37,905 bases of DNA from Candidatus Ventricola gallistercoris (GTDB lineage: Bacteria > Bacillota > Clostridia > Christensenellales > Aristaeellaceae), in NCBI GenBank assembly GCA_018716525.1, contig DVJV01000091.1, positions 1 to 37,905 of the forward strand, given 5' to 3'. The notes under the pieces are model-generated. The model worked only from the letters and a program-made list of their open reading frames with translations, made no database searches and was not told where the DNA came from. A program made the translations under genes and the position numbers. Shown here piece after piece: positions 20,439 to 29,572 of this stretch. Each line of letters starts with the position of its first letter. The first letter of the stretch is position 1.

Positions 20439-21329
20439 ATGAAAAAGATGGAAAACATGGGCGGCTTTTTTGTCGCCGCGGTCACGCCCTACGACGAGGC
20501 GGGCCGCTTCAGTGCCGCCGCGCTGCACAAGCTGATGGACAAGACCATCGCAGAGGGGGCGGCGGGCTTTTTGATCGGCGGCAGCAGCGCCGAGTGCCCG
20601 ATGCTCACCCACGAGGAGCGCGTGGAGGGCCTTGAGGCCGCCGCGCACTACGCGCACCGCGGCAGCACCCGGCTGATCGCCTCCGTGGCGGCGATCTCCA
20701 CGCAGGAGGCGAAGGACTACGCCAGGACCGCCGCCGCGCTCGGGTATGACGCCATCATCTCCACCGTGCCCTACTACTACAAGTTTGGCATGAAGGGCAT
20801 TGCCGGGTACTTCCGCGCGCTGCGCGAGACGGTCGACCTGCCGCTGTTTTTGTACAATTTCCCGGGCAATACCGGCATCGAGGTGGATATCCTCGACCCC
20901 GACATCCGCGCGATGCTCACCGACGGCACCATTGCCGGCGTCAAACAGACCAGCCTCAACCTGCATCAGCTCGAGCGCATGCGCGACATGAACCCGGATC
21001 TGGTGCTCTACGGCGGCTATGACGAGGTCTACCTGGGCGCGCGCATCCTCGGTGCGGACGGCGCCATCGGCTCGACGTTCAACTTCACGCTGCCGCTCTT
21101 CACGCAGATCGAGGCGGCGTATGCCGCGCTGGATATCCCGCGCGCACAGGCGCTCCAGCGCCGCGCCAACAACATCATGCAGGCGCTGGTGTCCTGCTCG
21201 CTGTTCCCGTCGATCAAGCACATCCTGAGGACGCAGGGCGTTCCCTGCGGCGACTGCCGCGCGCCCTTCCCCACGCTGACCGAGGAGCAGAAGGCGTATG
21301 TGGAGCGCGTGGTGAACGAAAACATGTGA
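20439..21329 (+). CDS. DapA-family lyase, N-acetylneuraminate-lyase-like
   Basis: VTPY..., GGSSAE, YYYKF, Schiff-base lysine context GVKQTS and GADGAIGSTFN parallel NanA/DapA motifs. The ATG at 20439 follows GGGGGA. Confidence 0.8.
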   Translation: MKKMENMGGFFVAAVTPYDEAGRFSAAALHKLMDKTIAEGAAGFLIGGSSAECPMLTHEERVEGLEAAAHYAHRGSTRLIASVAAISTQEAKDYARTAAALGYDAIISTVPYYYKFGMKGIAGYFRALRETVDLPLFLYNFPGNTGIEVDILDPDIRAMLTDGTIAGVKQTSLNLHQLERMRDMNPDLVLYGGYDEVYLGARILGADGAIGSTFNFTLPLFTQIEAAYAALDIPRAQALQRRANNIMQALVSCSLFPSIKHILRTQGVPCGDCRAPFPTLTEEQKAYVERVVNENM

Positions 21330-21376
21330 TGATGATTCGGAAAAGGCTGCCTGCGGCGTCCCTTTCCGGCATGATG

Positions 21377-21413
21377 AAAGCCCGTGTCTGGCATAGCCAG
21401 GCACGGGCTTTTA
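21377..21413. terminator. Bidirectional terminator between convergent genes
   Basis: AAAGCCCGTGTCTGG / CCAGGCACGGGCTTT stem, 5-nt loop, T-run. Confidence 0.8.
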
Positions 21414-21432
21414 TCTGTTGCGTTTTCTGCCT

Positions 21433-22173
21433 TCACGGCGCGGGGGTTTGGGCATCGTCAAGGCGGCTGATGCCGGTGAGCGCGTTGTCCGTCAGGGCGA
21501 ATCCCTCGCCGTCCACCGTGAGGGTCAGCGCGGCTTCGCCCAGCGGGGTCTGCGTCGCCGCATCCTGCACGCTGATGGTGATGACGGGGCCCCGGGCGTT
21601 GACCGCGGGCGTCTGGTCGCTGAATACGATGGTTTCGCCGTCGCTCGTGGCGCTTGCGCCCACGCTGACATAGCGCCCCTGCAGGGCATCCCACTTGAGG
21701 AAGATGCCGCTGGTCGCGCTTAGCGTGTAGCGCGCCAGCAGCGGCGACTCGGCGTCGTCAAACGCGCTGAGCGTGAGCATCAGCCCGGGCAGAGAGCTGT
21801 CCTGCGGGGTGTAGCGGCGCATGGTCAGCACCTCCAGGGTGCAGCCTTCCAGCGCGCTGCGCAGCGTGCAGAGCGTCTCCTCTCCCCGCGTGTAGGAGAG
21901 CACCCCCGGCGTGTAATTGAAGAGGATGGAGCCGTAGCCGCCGTTTTGGAAGAAATCGCCCATCTGCGCGTCGTGCCAGGCCTGGCGCTCGCTCTCCTGA
22001 AGCAGGCCGCGGCTGACGATCAGCTCTTCCAGATCGTTTAAGAACGCCTCATAGCTCTCCTCCAAAGAGAGCAGGTCGTCCACGCTCAGCAGCGGATCGC
22101 CCTCCGCCGCCAGCGCACAGGCGGGCAGGAGCGCGCAGACACACAGCAGCAGGGCAACGATACGCCTGTACAT
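21433..22173 (-). CDS. Secreted hypothetical protein, 246 aa
   Basis: Signal peptide MYRRIVALLLCVCALLPACALAAEG. Last gene of the minus-strand three-gene operon. No family recognised. Confidence 0.6.
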   Translation of the reverse strand: MYRRIVALLLCVCALLPACALAAEGDPLLSVDDLLSLEESYEAFLNDLEELIVSRGLLQESERQAWHDAQMGDFFQNGGYGSILFNYTPGVLSYTRGEETLCTLRSALEGCTLEVLTMRRYTPQDSSLPGLMLTLSAFDDAESPLLARYTLSATSGIFLKWDALQGRYVSVGASATSDGETIVFSDQTPAVNARGPVITISVQDAATQTPLGEAALTLTVDGEGFALTDNALTGISRLDDAQTPAP

Positions 22174-22219
22174 GCGAGACCTCCTCCGGGATGGTCAGGT
22201 CACGGCGCATGTGCGCCGC

Positions 22220-23071
22220 TCACTTGGTGAAATAGATGATGTCGCTCACGTTGCGCTCGCGCGAACCGCTCGTCTTGTTGACCCGCTCGCCGTTGAGCAC
22301 CATGGTCGCGCTGCCGCCGCCGTCCAGGTTGTAGGCGACCTGGCAGCCCTGCTCCACGAAGACCTTCTGCATCTCCTGCAGGGTCATGCCCTTGTCGCTC
22401 CAGCCGTCGCGGCGTCCGTCGGCGACGAGGAACACGTAGTGGTTGGCATCCACCTGGCCGATGGCCGTGCGCGGCTCGCGAACGGTGTCGCCGGTGTAGA
22501 TGATGTATTTTTCGGGCAGCTCGACGGCCTCGCCGTCATTGACCAGCAGCGGCCCGAACGAGAAGCTCTGCACGACGCCCTGGTCGATGTAGGATTGGCC
22601 GGTGCCCTCCTCATAGGTGCCCGCGGGCAGCGCCACGAACGTGCCATCCTGCATGACCAGGAGCTGGTCGCGCGTGGAGGGCTTGTCGCGGTAGAGCACG
22701 CCGTTGCGGATCACCAGGCCGTAGTTGTCCTTGTAGTTGTAGTAGTCGCCGTTGATGGCCAGCACCGCGTCGTGCCGCGCGGCGATCTCGCTGGTGGCCT
22801 CGGCGGTGGACATGGAGTACTCCTCCCCGGCGAAGGCGGTCATCAGCTGATCGGGCCGCTGTGTGAACACGTTCGCCACGAAGAAGCGCAGCTCGGTGTT
22901 GTTGAAGGCGTAGCACCAGCGGTCGATGATCACGCGGATGGTCTCGCCCTCGTAGGTGGTCGTCTCCTCGATGGTCTTGGTGTTGGGCTCGGTGGCGGCC
23001 AGCGCAAACGAAGGCACGCACAGGGCAAGCAGGAGCAAAAGCGCCGCGCAGGCGCGGAAAATGGGCTTCAT
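22220..23071 (-). CDS. Phosphodiester glycosidase family protein (DUF2233/NAGPA-like), secreted
   Basis: Signal peptide, then AINGDYYNY, RTAIGQVDANHYVFLVADGRRDGWS and YNLDGGGSATMV motifs. Confidence 0.85.
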   Translation of the reverse strand: MKPIFRACAALLLLLALCVPSFALAATEPNTKTIEETTTYEGETIRVIIDRWCYAFNNTELRFFVANVFTQRPDQLMTAFAGEEYSMSTAEATSEIAARHDAVLAINGDYYNYKDNYGLVIRNGVLYRDKPSTRDQLLVMQDGTFVALPAGTYEEGTGQSYIDQGVVQSFSFGPLLVNDGEAVELPEKYIIYTGDTVREPRTAIGQVDANHYVFLVADGRRDGWSDKGMTLQEMQKVFVEQGCQVAYNLDGGGSATMVLNGERVNKTSGSRERNVSDIIYFTK

Positions 23072-23129
23072 GGGAATCGGTTCCTTCCTTTCAATTCAAC
23101 TCAATTCAACACGGTGGGGGTAAGCCCGG

Positions 23130-24320
23130 TCACACAGGGTTGGGCATGAACATGATGATGTCGCTGACGGAGCGCTCCTTGCCGCCGGAGGGCATGTTGA
23201 TGACCTCGCCCAGGAAGTACAGCGTGGTGGAGCCGCCGCCGTCGAGGTTGAAGGCGAATTCGGCGCCCTCGTCGAGGAACAGCTGCTGGAGCTGGGGAAT
23301 GCTCGCGCCGGTGGAGTAGCCGTCGCGCCGGCCGTCTACAACGATGACGATGTAGTGCAGCGGGCCCAGCTGGCCGATGGCCGTGCGCGGCTCGTAGTAG
23401 CCATCCTGGCAGCGCACGTAGAAGGAGGTGGGCAGCGTGGTGGGCTCGCCATTCTCAACGAGCACGGGGCCGAATTCAAACGTCTGCCAGGTGTTCTTTT
23501 CCACCAGGTCGTTGGCCACCAGGCCCTGCTTGCCGGAGCGGTCGGTGAGGACGGACATGTCGCCGTTTTCATCGACGATCAGCAGGTGGTGCTTGGTGAT
23601 GTTCTGCTTGCGCAGCAGCTCGCCGTTTCTGATGATGACGCCGTCGCGGTGGTAACGGCAGAAGTCCGCGTTGATGGCCAGCACCGGGTTATAGCGCCCG
23701 GCGATGTCGCTTGTGGCCTCGTAAATGCCGCTTTGGAAGTCGTCGCCGGCGAAGGCCGTGCGAAGCTGGCTGACATCCGTGAGCTTGATGTCGCAGACGA
23801 AGTAGGTGATGCCGTTCTTCTGCTTTTGCTCGATGGAGACGCTCATCTTGTCGGTCTGGTAGGTCAGCTCGCCGGGTTCATAGTGCTTGAAGGCATCGGC
23901 CGGGTCGGGCGTGACGGTGGGGTCATACGGCGTGGGCTGGCTTGAGGCGATGTCCTGCTCAAGCTGCGCTTCCTGCTGCGCCGCGTCGAAATTCACGATG
24001 GCGTCCAGCTCGCTGCCCGGCTCCGGGGTGGCGCCGGGAAGCTGCTGCACGGTCTTTTCGTTGTGCACGGTGACCCAGTCGGAGAAGCGCTCCTGCACGC
24101 TGGGCACGTCGCCCAGCGGCGCGCTGCCGTTGGCGAGGGTGAGCAGCATCACAAAGCACAGCACGCCGAACAGGGTGCGGTCGTTTCTGTGGGAGGTGAT
24201 GCGCGGAACGTCGAAGTGCCGCTTGCGAAAGCGGCTCACGTGTTCGATGCGCCCCTCTTCGCGGGGGGGCTGGTCGTACCGCCTGACGGGGGTACGTTTG
24301 AATTGGTCAAGCGGCTTCAT
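23130..24320 (-). CDS. Phosphodiester glycosidase family protein (DUF2233/NAGPA-like), N-terminally membrane-anchored paralogue
   Basis: Basic N-terminus, one TM (LFGVLCFVMLLTLA), a linker, then AINADFCRY, RTAIGQLGPLHYIVIVVDGRRDGYS and FNLDGGGSTTLYF. Confidence 0.85.
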   Translation of the reverse strand: MKPLDQFKRTPVRRYDQPPREEGRIEHVSRFRKRHFDVPRITSHRNDRTLFGVLCFVMLLTLANGSAPLGDVPSVQERFSDWVTVHNEKTVQQLPGATPEPGSELDAIVNFDAAQQEAQLEQDIASSQPTPYDPTVTPDPADAFKHYEPGELTYQTDKMSVSIEQKQKNGITYFVCDIKLTDVSQLRTAFAGDDFQSGIYEATSDIAGRYNPVLAINADFCRYHRDGVIIRNGELLRKQNITKHHLLIVDENGDMSVLTDRSGKQGLVANDLVEKNTWQTFEFGPVLVENGEPTTLPTSFYVRCQDGYYEPRTAIGQLGPLHYIVIVVDGRRDGYSTGASIPQLQQLFLDEGAEFAFNLDGGGSTTLYFLGEVINMPSGGKERSVSDIIMFMPNPV

Positions 24321-24412
24321 GGTGAGGCGGCTTCTCCTCCTGATGGCATGCGGAAGGGCGGGGCGGCAGGCGCCCGGCGCCGGCGACCGAATGGGTATTC
24401 TTTCATTGAGAC

Positions 24413-24441
24413 ATTATACGGCGAATCAAGGATCGTGTCAA
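24413..24441 (-). promoter_or_regulatory. Consensus sigma-A promoter for the phosphodiester-glycosidase operon
   Basis: Minus-strand TTGACA (24436-24441), 17-nt spacer, TATAAT (24413-24418). Confidence 0.65.
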
Positions 24442-24495
24442 ACAAATGCAAAAAATGTCACAATCCGGTCACGATCGGGCAGGAAGTGGGGCGCA

Positions 24496-24525
24496 TTGAC
24501 AGGCCGGCGCGTATGCGGGTATAAT
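24496..24525 (+). promoter_or_regulatory. Consensus sigma-A promoter for the GNAT/HAD/GT-C operon
   Basis: TTGACA at 24496-24501, 18-nt spacer, TATAAT at 24520-24525. Confidence 0.65.
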
Positions 24526-24620
24526 GAACGGATCATGAAAATGCAGGCACGGCGGGATGTCGGGGTTCCGTTTTGCAGGGCGTTCGTGTATAATGGAGGC
24601 GTGGAAGGAGCGTGCTTGAG

Positions 24621-24785
24621 ATGAAGCGGATGATCAAGCTGTTTTATATCCTCATCGTGGGGCTGATCGTGTTCACCGGCGCGCTGATGATCGCACAGGG
24701 GCTGCACACGCAAAAGCAGGAAATGGCCGTAGTGCGCGGGCAGGTCGTGCTGCCCGGGACGGACGCGCCGGAATTTGCGATCTGA
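24621..24785 (+). CDS. Small single-TM peptide, 54 aa (below the ORF-track cutoff)
   Basis: GGAAGGAG RBS 9 nt before the ATG. Encodes MKRMIKLFYILIVGLIVFTGALMIAQG... and is the first ORF after the promoter. Confidence 0.45.
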   Translation: MKRMIKLFYILIVGLIVFTGALMIAQGLHTQKQEMAVVRGQVVLPGTDAPEFAI

Positions 24786-24804
24786 CGGTCGGAGGGGAAT
24801 GCGC

Positions 24805-25380
24805 ATGTTCAGGGCCAATGCCAACGGACTGTTTTCAATGCCCACGCTTGAGACGCCGCGGCTGATCCTGCGAAGAATCACGATGCGGGACGCGAAGGAT
24901 ATCTTCGCCTACAGCTGCGACGAGGAGGTCGCGCGGCACGTGCTTTGGACCGCCCAGCGGGACGTGAGCGAGGCGAAGGACTACTGCCGCTTCATGATGC
25001 GGCGCTACCGGCAGGACGAGCCATCCAGCTGGGGCATCGAGGAGAAGAAGAGCGGCCGGCTGGTCGGCACGATCGGCTATATGGATTACAGCATGGACAA
25101 CGCGAGCGTGGAGGTCGGCTATTCGCTGGCGCGGTGGCTGTGGAACGGGGGATACATGACCGAGGCGCTTGGGCGGGTGATCGATTACACGTTTGAGGCG
25201 ATGGACATCAACCGCATCGAGGCGCAGCACGAGCTTGACAACCCCGCCTCCGGGCGCGTGATGGAAAAGTGCGGCATGCGCAAGGAAGGCGTGCTGCGCC
25301 AGCGGCTGTACAACAAGGGGCACTTTGTGGATGTGGCGCTGTATGCGATTGTGCGCAGCGACCTGAAGGATAAGGCGTGA
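24805..25380 (+). CDS. GNAT family N-acetyltransferase (RimJ/RimL-like)
   Basis: LETPRLILRRITMRDAKDIFAY... start and IEAQHELDNPASGRVMEKCGMRKEG motif. The ATG at 24805 is 9 nt after GGAGGGG. Confidence 0.85.
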   Translation: MFRANANGLFSMPTLETPRLILRRITMRDAKDIFAYSCDEEVARHVLWTAQRDVSEAKDYCRFMMRRYRQDEPSSWGIEEKKSGRLVGTIGYMDYSMDNASVEVGYSLARWLWNGGYMTEALGRVIDYTFEAMDINRIEAQHELDNPASGRVMEKCGMRKEGVLRQRLYNKGHFVDVALYAIVRSDLKDKA

Positions 25381-25426
25381 GGCGCGGCCTGTGCCCGGGC
25401 GCGCGGCGGAAGAACAGGAGAATGCT

Positions 25427-26260
25427 ATGCCAATGCAAGCGGAGGGGAATGCGGCCATCCGGCTGATTGCCTGCGATATGGATGGGACGCTGCTGGACAG
25501 CCGGAAGCGTCTGCCGCGGGATTTTGCGGCGGTGTTTGCCGCGCTGCAGGCGCGGGGGACGATCTTTGCGGTGGCCAGCGGGCGGCAGTATGCGGTGCTG
25601 CGGCGCGATATGGAGCCGTATGCGCAGCAGATGCTCTTCATCTGCGAGAACGGCGCGCTGGTGATGCACCGCGGAAAGCGGCTTTTGATCGACCCGCTGG
25701 ATGCCGGGGATCTGCCCGCCATTTTGGGCGCCGTGCGCGGCTTGCAGGGGGTGTACCCCGTGGTCTGCCGGGCGGAGACGGCGTATATCGAGAGAAGCGC
25801 GTCGCAGGAATTCATCAGCAATACGTGCATGTATTACCCGAGCGTGCAGGTGGTGGAGGATCTGAGCGTCTGCCTGGGCAGCCAGGATGTGTGCAAGGTG
25901 GCCTTCTACGACGAGGGCGACGCGCAGACGCACGAGCTGCCCGCCCTGCAGCGCGCGCTGGGGGAGCGGGTGGCCGTGATCCTGTCGGGCGAGCACTGGG
26001 TGGATGTGATGAAGCCCGGCGTCAGCAAGGGCAAGGCGATGCGCGCCCTGCAAGAGCAGCTGCACATCGCGCCCGAGGCGTGCATGGCCTTTGGCGACTA
26101 CCTCAACGACTGCGAGCTGCTGCAAAGCGTGGGCGAGAGCTACGCCATGGAAAACGCGCATCCCGCGCTGCGGGCGGTGGCGCGCCACATCGCGCCCAGC
26201 AACGATGAAGACGGCGTGATGCGCGTGATCCGCTCGCGCTTTCAACTTCAAGACATTTGA
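25427..26260 (+). CDS. Cof-type HAD-IIB phosphatase
   Basis: IACDMDGTLL motif, cap region, and FGDYLNDCELL...MENA motifs. AGGAGA RBS. Confidence 0.85.
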   Translation: MPMQAEGNAAIRLIACDMDGTLLDSRKRLPRDFAAVFAALQARGTIFAVASGRQYAVLRRDMEPYAQQMLFICENGALVMHRGKRLLIDPLDAGDLPAILGAVRGLQGVYPVVCRAETAYIERSASQEFISNTCMYYPSVQVVEDLSVCLGSQDVCKVAFYDEGDAQTHELPALQRALGERVAVILSGEHWVDVMKPGVSKGKAMRALQEQLHIAPEACMAFGDYLNDCELLQSVGESYAMENAHPALRAVARHIAPSNDEDGVMRVIRSRFQLQDI

Positions 26261-26277
26261 GCATGAGGGGGACACAC

Positions 26278-28071
26278 ATGATCTTGCAGCTTCCCCGGCT
26301 GCGCGTCATCGCGGCGTGCGGCGTGGCCGCCTGTGCCTGCGCAAGCGCTTTGGGCGCATATTTCGGCGCGGATTGCGGCGGCGGCCTGGCCTTCATCGGC
26401 TGCTGGCTGCTGTTTGTTTCCGCGCTTTCGCTGCATCCCGGGCGCGCGCAGTGGATCGCGGCGGCGGCGCTTTCCGCGCTCTTTGCCGCCATGCGCACGC
26501 TCGGCGCTTCCTACGACGCCATCGACTCCTACGGCCTGATCCTCAAAAACGCGCGCACGCTCGTGACCGCATCGCTGGCCATGGGCGCGCTCTTTGCCGT
26601 GGCGCTTTGCTGCATCCTGCTGGCGCTTGCGCTGCTTGAGCGCGTGCGCCTGCGCGCTGCGGGCGGCCAGGCGGATGACCCGCGCGCGCGCCGCAGGCTT
26701 TTCTGGCTTTGCGCGGCGGTCATCTTCGCGGGCTCGATCCCGTATCTGATCCTCTACGCGCCGGGGCTCAACATCTTTGACACCCACGACCAGATTTTGC
26801 AGTTCTTCGGCTACCCCAGCTACATCGGCGACGGCAGCGCGCTGAGCGACCATCACCCGGTATTCCTCACGCTCGTGTACGGCGGCTTCATGAAGCTGGG
26901 GCTGCTTATGGGCGATGCGAACATCGGCCAGATGCTCTACAGCCTGGTGAGCATGGCGGTACTTGCGCTGTGCTGGGCCTGTGCGCTGTGCACGCTCTGC
27001 CGCCTCGGGCTGCGGCGCGGCGCGGCGTTTGGCATTGCGCTGTTTGTGGCGCTGTACCCGGTGCTCGCGCTCTATGCGTTTAACATGTGCAAGGATGTGA
27101 GCGTCGCCCCGTTTGTGCTGCTGTTCACCGCGCAGATGATCCTGCTTGAGCGCATGCAGGGGCGCGCCGCGCAGAGCCCGCGCTTTGTGGCCGCGCTGGC
27201 GCTTTGCGCGCTTTTGATGATGCTCACCCGCAAGTCGGCCGTGTATGCGCTTTTGTTTGCCGGCGTGTTTGCCGCCTGGCGCTACCGCCCGGTGCGCAAG
27301 CGGGTGTTTGCGGCGCTCGTGGGCACGGCTGTGGCGTTTCAGGTTTTCTACACGGGGCTGCTGCTGCCGGCGCTGGGCGTCATTCCCGGGGAGACGCGGG
27401 AGATGCTCTCCATCCCCTTTCAGCAGACGGCGCGCTACCTGGTCACCTACCCGGACGACGTGACGCCCGAAGAAATGGAAGCGATTTCCCGGGTCATCGA
27501 CGTGGAGCACGCGAAAGCGAATTACGACCCGCGCCTGTCCGACGCGGTCAAGGATACCACCAATCCCGACATGACCGGCGAGGACCTTGGCGCGTATTTC
27601 GGCGCGTGGCTGTCCATGGGGCTGCGCCACCCGGGCGTGTATGTGGATGCGTGGCTCAACATGATCTACGGCTACTTCTACCCCTCGGACAGCAACACCA
27701 TCGTGTGCCTCACGCTCAACTCGCCCGACGCGGGCGGCATCTTCCTGCGGCAGGACCCGTCGCTTGACGGGGTGCGCACCGAGCTGTACAACCGCATCAT
27801 GTACATGCTGCGCAGGCTGCCGGGCGTGGGCGCGCTCTTCTACGTCGATGCGGTGACGTGGGCGTTTTTGTTCCTGCTGGCGGCGCTCATGCTGCGCGAC
27901 GGCCCCGGCGCCGCCGTGCCGTATCTGTTTGGGGTGGGCACGCTGGGCATCTGCATGCTTTCGCCCAAGAGCGGCGAGATCCGCTACCTGTTGCCCCTGC
28001 TCTACATGCTGCCGGTGATGCTGGGCGCGGCGCTTCTGCCCGCGCGGGGAAAGGAGGCTACCCTGCCGTGA
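26278..28071 (+). CDS. Large polytopic membrane protein, 597 aa, DUF6020-like / GT-C-like (family assignment tentative)
   Basis: Many predicted TM helices. Extracytoplasmic-loop-like segment YAPGLNIFDTHDQILQFFGY...DHHPVFLTLVYG. The ATG at 26278 follows GAGGGGGA and lies 18 nt after the HAD stop. Confidence 0.65.
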   Translation: MILQLPRLRVIAACGVAACACASALGAYFGADCGGGLAFIGCWLLFVSALSLHPGRAQWIAAAALSALFAAMRTLGASYDAIDSYGLILKNARTLVTASLAMGALFAVALCCILLALALLERVRLRAAGGQADDPRARRRLFWLCAAVIFAGSIPYLILYAPGLNIFDTHDQILQFFGYPSYIGDGSALSDHHPVFLTLVYGGFMKLGLLMGDANIGQMLYSLVSMAVLALCWACALCTLCRLGLRRGAAFGIALFVALYPVLALYAFNMCKDVSVAPFVLLFTAQMILLERMQGRAAQSPRFVAALALCALLMMLTRKSAVYALLFAGVFAAWRYRPVRKRVFAALVGTAVAFQVFYTGLLLPALGVIPGETREMLSIPFQQTARYLVTYPDDVTPEEMEAISRVIDVEHAKANYDPRLSDAVKDTTNPDMTGEDLGAYFGAWLSMGLRHPGVYVDAWLNMIYGYFYPSDSNTIVCLTLNSPDAGGIFLRQDPSLDGVRTELYNRIMYMLRRLPGVGALFYVDAVTWAFLFLLAALMLRDGPGAAVPYLFGVGTLGICMLSPKSGEIRYLLPLLYMLPVMLGAALLPARGKEATLP

Positions 28072-29549
28072 CGGATACGCGCGCAAAGCAAAGGGGCTGG
28101 CTTTTCGGCGCGGCGGCATCGCTGCTGCTGGCGCTGGCGTTTTCGCTGGTCTTCTACGCGTTCAACACGCCGCTGGGGCCGAGCATCGGCAGCGACAACG
28201 CCATGTACCTGACGATGGGCACCGCCCTTGCAAACGGGTATGCGCCCTATACGGAGATCTTTGACCACAAGGGGCCGGTGCTCTTTCTCATCCAGTGGCT
28301 GCCGCAGGCGCTTTCGGGCGGCTACTCGACGCTGGCCGTGTTCGTGCAGGAGGTGCTGGTGCTCGCCGGCTGCCTGCTTTTGCTGCGCGCCATCGCCGGG
28401 GAGCTGCGCGTGAGCGCCCTGGGGGTGCAGCTTGTCTACCTGGCGCTGACCTGCTCGCTCGTGGGCGGCGGCAACCTGACGGAGGAATACACCAACCTGC
28501 CCACGCTCATCGGGTTGTATGCCGCGCTGCGCGCATTCGGCGGCGAAGGCGTGCGCGAGCGGCTGTTTGGGCCCGCGGCGCTCATGGGCGCGTGCTTTGC
28601 CGCCGCGTTCCTCACGCGCGCCAACAACGCGCTGCCGCTTTCGGCCGTCACGGCGGTGCTCGCGCTGGGGCTGCTCGTCTCGCGCCGGTTTGCATCGCTC
28701 TTGCAGTGCGCGGCGGGCTTCTTGGCGGGGCTTTTGGCGGTCACGCTGCCGGTTGTGCTCTGGCTGGCCATGCGCGGGGCGCTTTCGGAGGCGTTTTACG
28801 GCGCGATCACGCACAATCTGCTCTATGCCGAGACGGGCGGCGGCAGCCGGATGCAGATGCTGCTGCACGCGGGCTATGGCCGCATGGCCATGGTCATGGC
28901 GGCGCTGGCCTGCCTGGGGGCGCTGGTGCTTTATCAAAAGCGGCGCACGCTGTGGCTTTCGCTCGCGATGGTCGCGGGCGCGGCGGCGGGAGGGCTGGCC
29001 GCGTTCATCTCCCACAAGTTTTACGACCACTACCTGATGGTCGGCGCGCCGCTGGCCGCGATGGGCGCGGCGGCGCTGCTCATGGCCTTAAGCGGGCGGC
29101 AAAAAAAGGCGGTGCTCGGCGTGACCGCGCTCGTGTGCTGCGCGTGGCTTCTGGTCAAAGGGCAGGAAACGAACGCCTGGCGGCTCTCCGAGCGCGAGGG
29201 GCTTGACGCCTTCACCGAGAACGCGCAGGCGCTCATGGCCAATGTGCCCGAGCAGGAGCGCGACCGCTTCATGGCCTACCGCGTGGAGCCCAAGTGGTAT
29301 GTGGCGGCCAAGGCCCTGCCGTGTATGCGGTTTTATTTCCTGCAGGAGATTTTGGCCCAGGCCAACCCGGCCGTGATGGATGAGATCGTTTATACGTTTG
29401 AGAGCGATCCGCCGCTGTGGCTGGTCATCTACTACAACCGCGCGTTTGATCCGCCCTACGACCCGCGCGTGGAGGCCATCTTTGAGACGCGCTATGCGTT
29501 TGTCGACGCGGCGGGGGACTATCAGCTGCTGCGCCTGATCGAGCCGTGA
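28068..29549 (+). CDS. GT-C fold glycosyltransferase-like membrane protein (ArnT/PMT, GT39/GT83-like), 493 aa
   Basis: The GTG at 28068 overlaps the upstream stop (GTGA) and follows AAGGAGG. First-loop motif GSDNAMYL...YTEIFDHKGPVLFL resembles the D..(D/E)..KPP loop of ArnT/PMT enzymes. Multi-TM body with a soluble C-terminal domain. Confidence 0.65.
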   Translation: MTDTRAKQRGWLFGAAASLLLALAFSLVFYAFNTPLGPSIGSDNAMYLTMGTALANGYAPYTEIFDHKGPVLFLIQWLPQALSGGYSTLAVFVQEVLVLAGCLLLLRAIAGELRVSALGVQLVYLALTCSLVGGGNLTEEYTNLPTLIGLYAALRAFGGEGVRERLFGPAALMGACFAAAFLTRANNALPLSAVTAVLALGLLVSRRFASLLQCAAGFLAGLLAVTLPVVLWLAMRGALSEAFYGAITHNLLYAETGGGSRMQMLLHAGYGRMAMVMAALACLGALVLYQKRRTLWLSLAMVAGAAAGGLAAFISHKFYDHYLMVGAPLAAMGAAALLMALSGRQKKAVLGVTALVCCAWLLVKGQETNAWRLSEREGLDAFTENAQALMANVPEQERDRFMAYRVEPKWYVAAKALPCMRFYFLQEILAQANPAVMDEIVYTFESDPPLWLVIYYNRAFDPPYDPRVEAIFETRYAFVDAAGDYQLLRLIEP

Positions 29550-29572
29550 TGCGCGCAAGAGGGGGGAATCTT

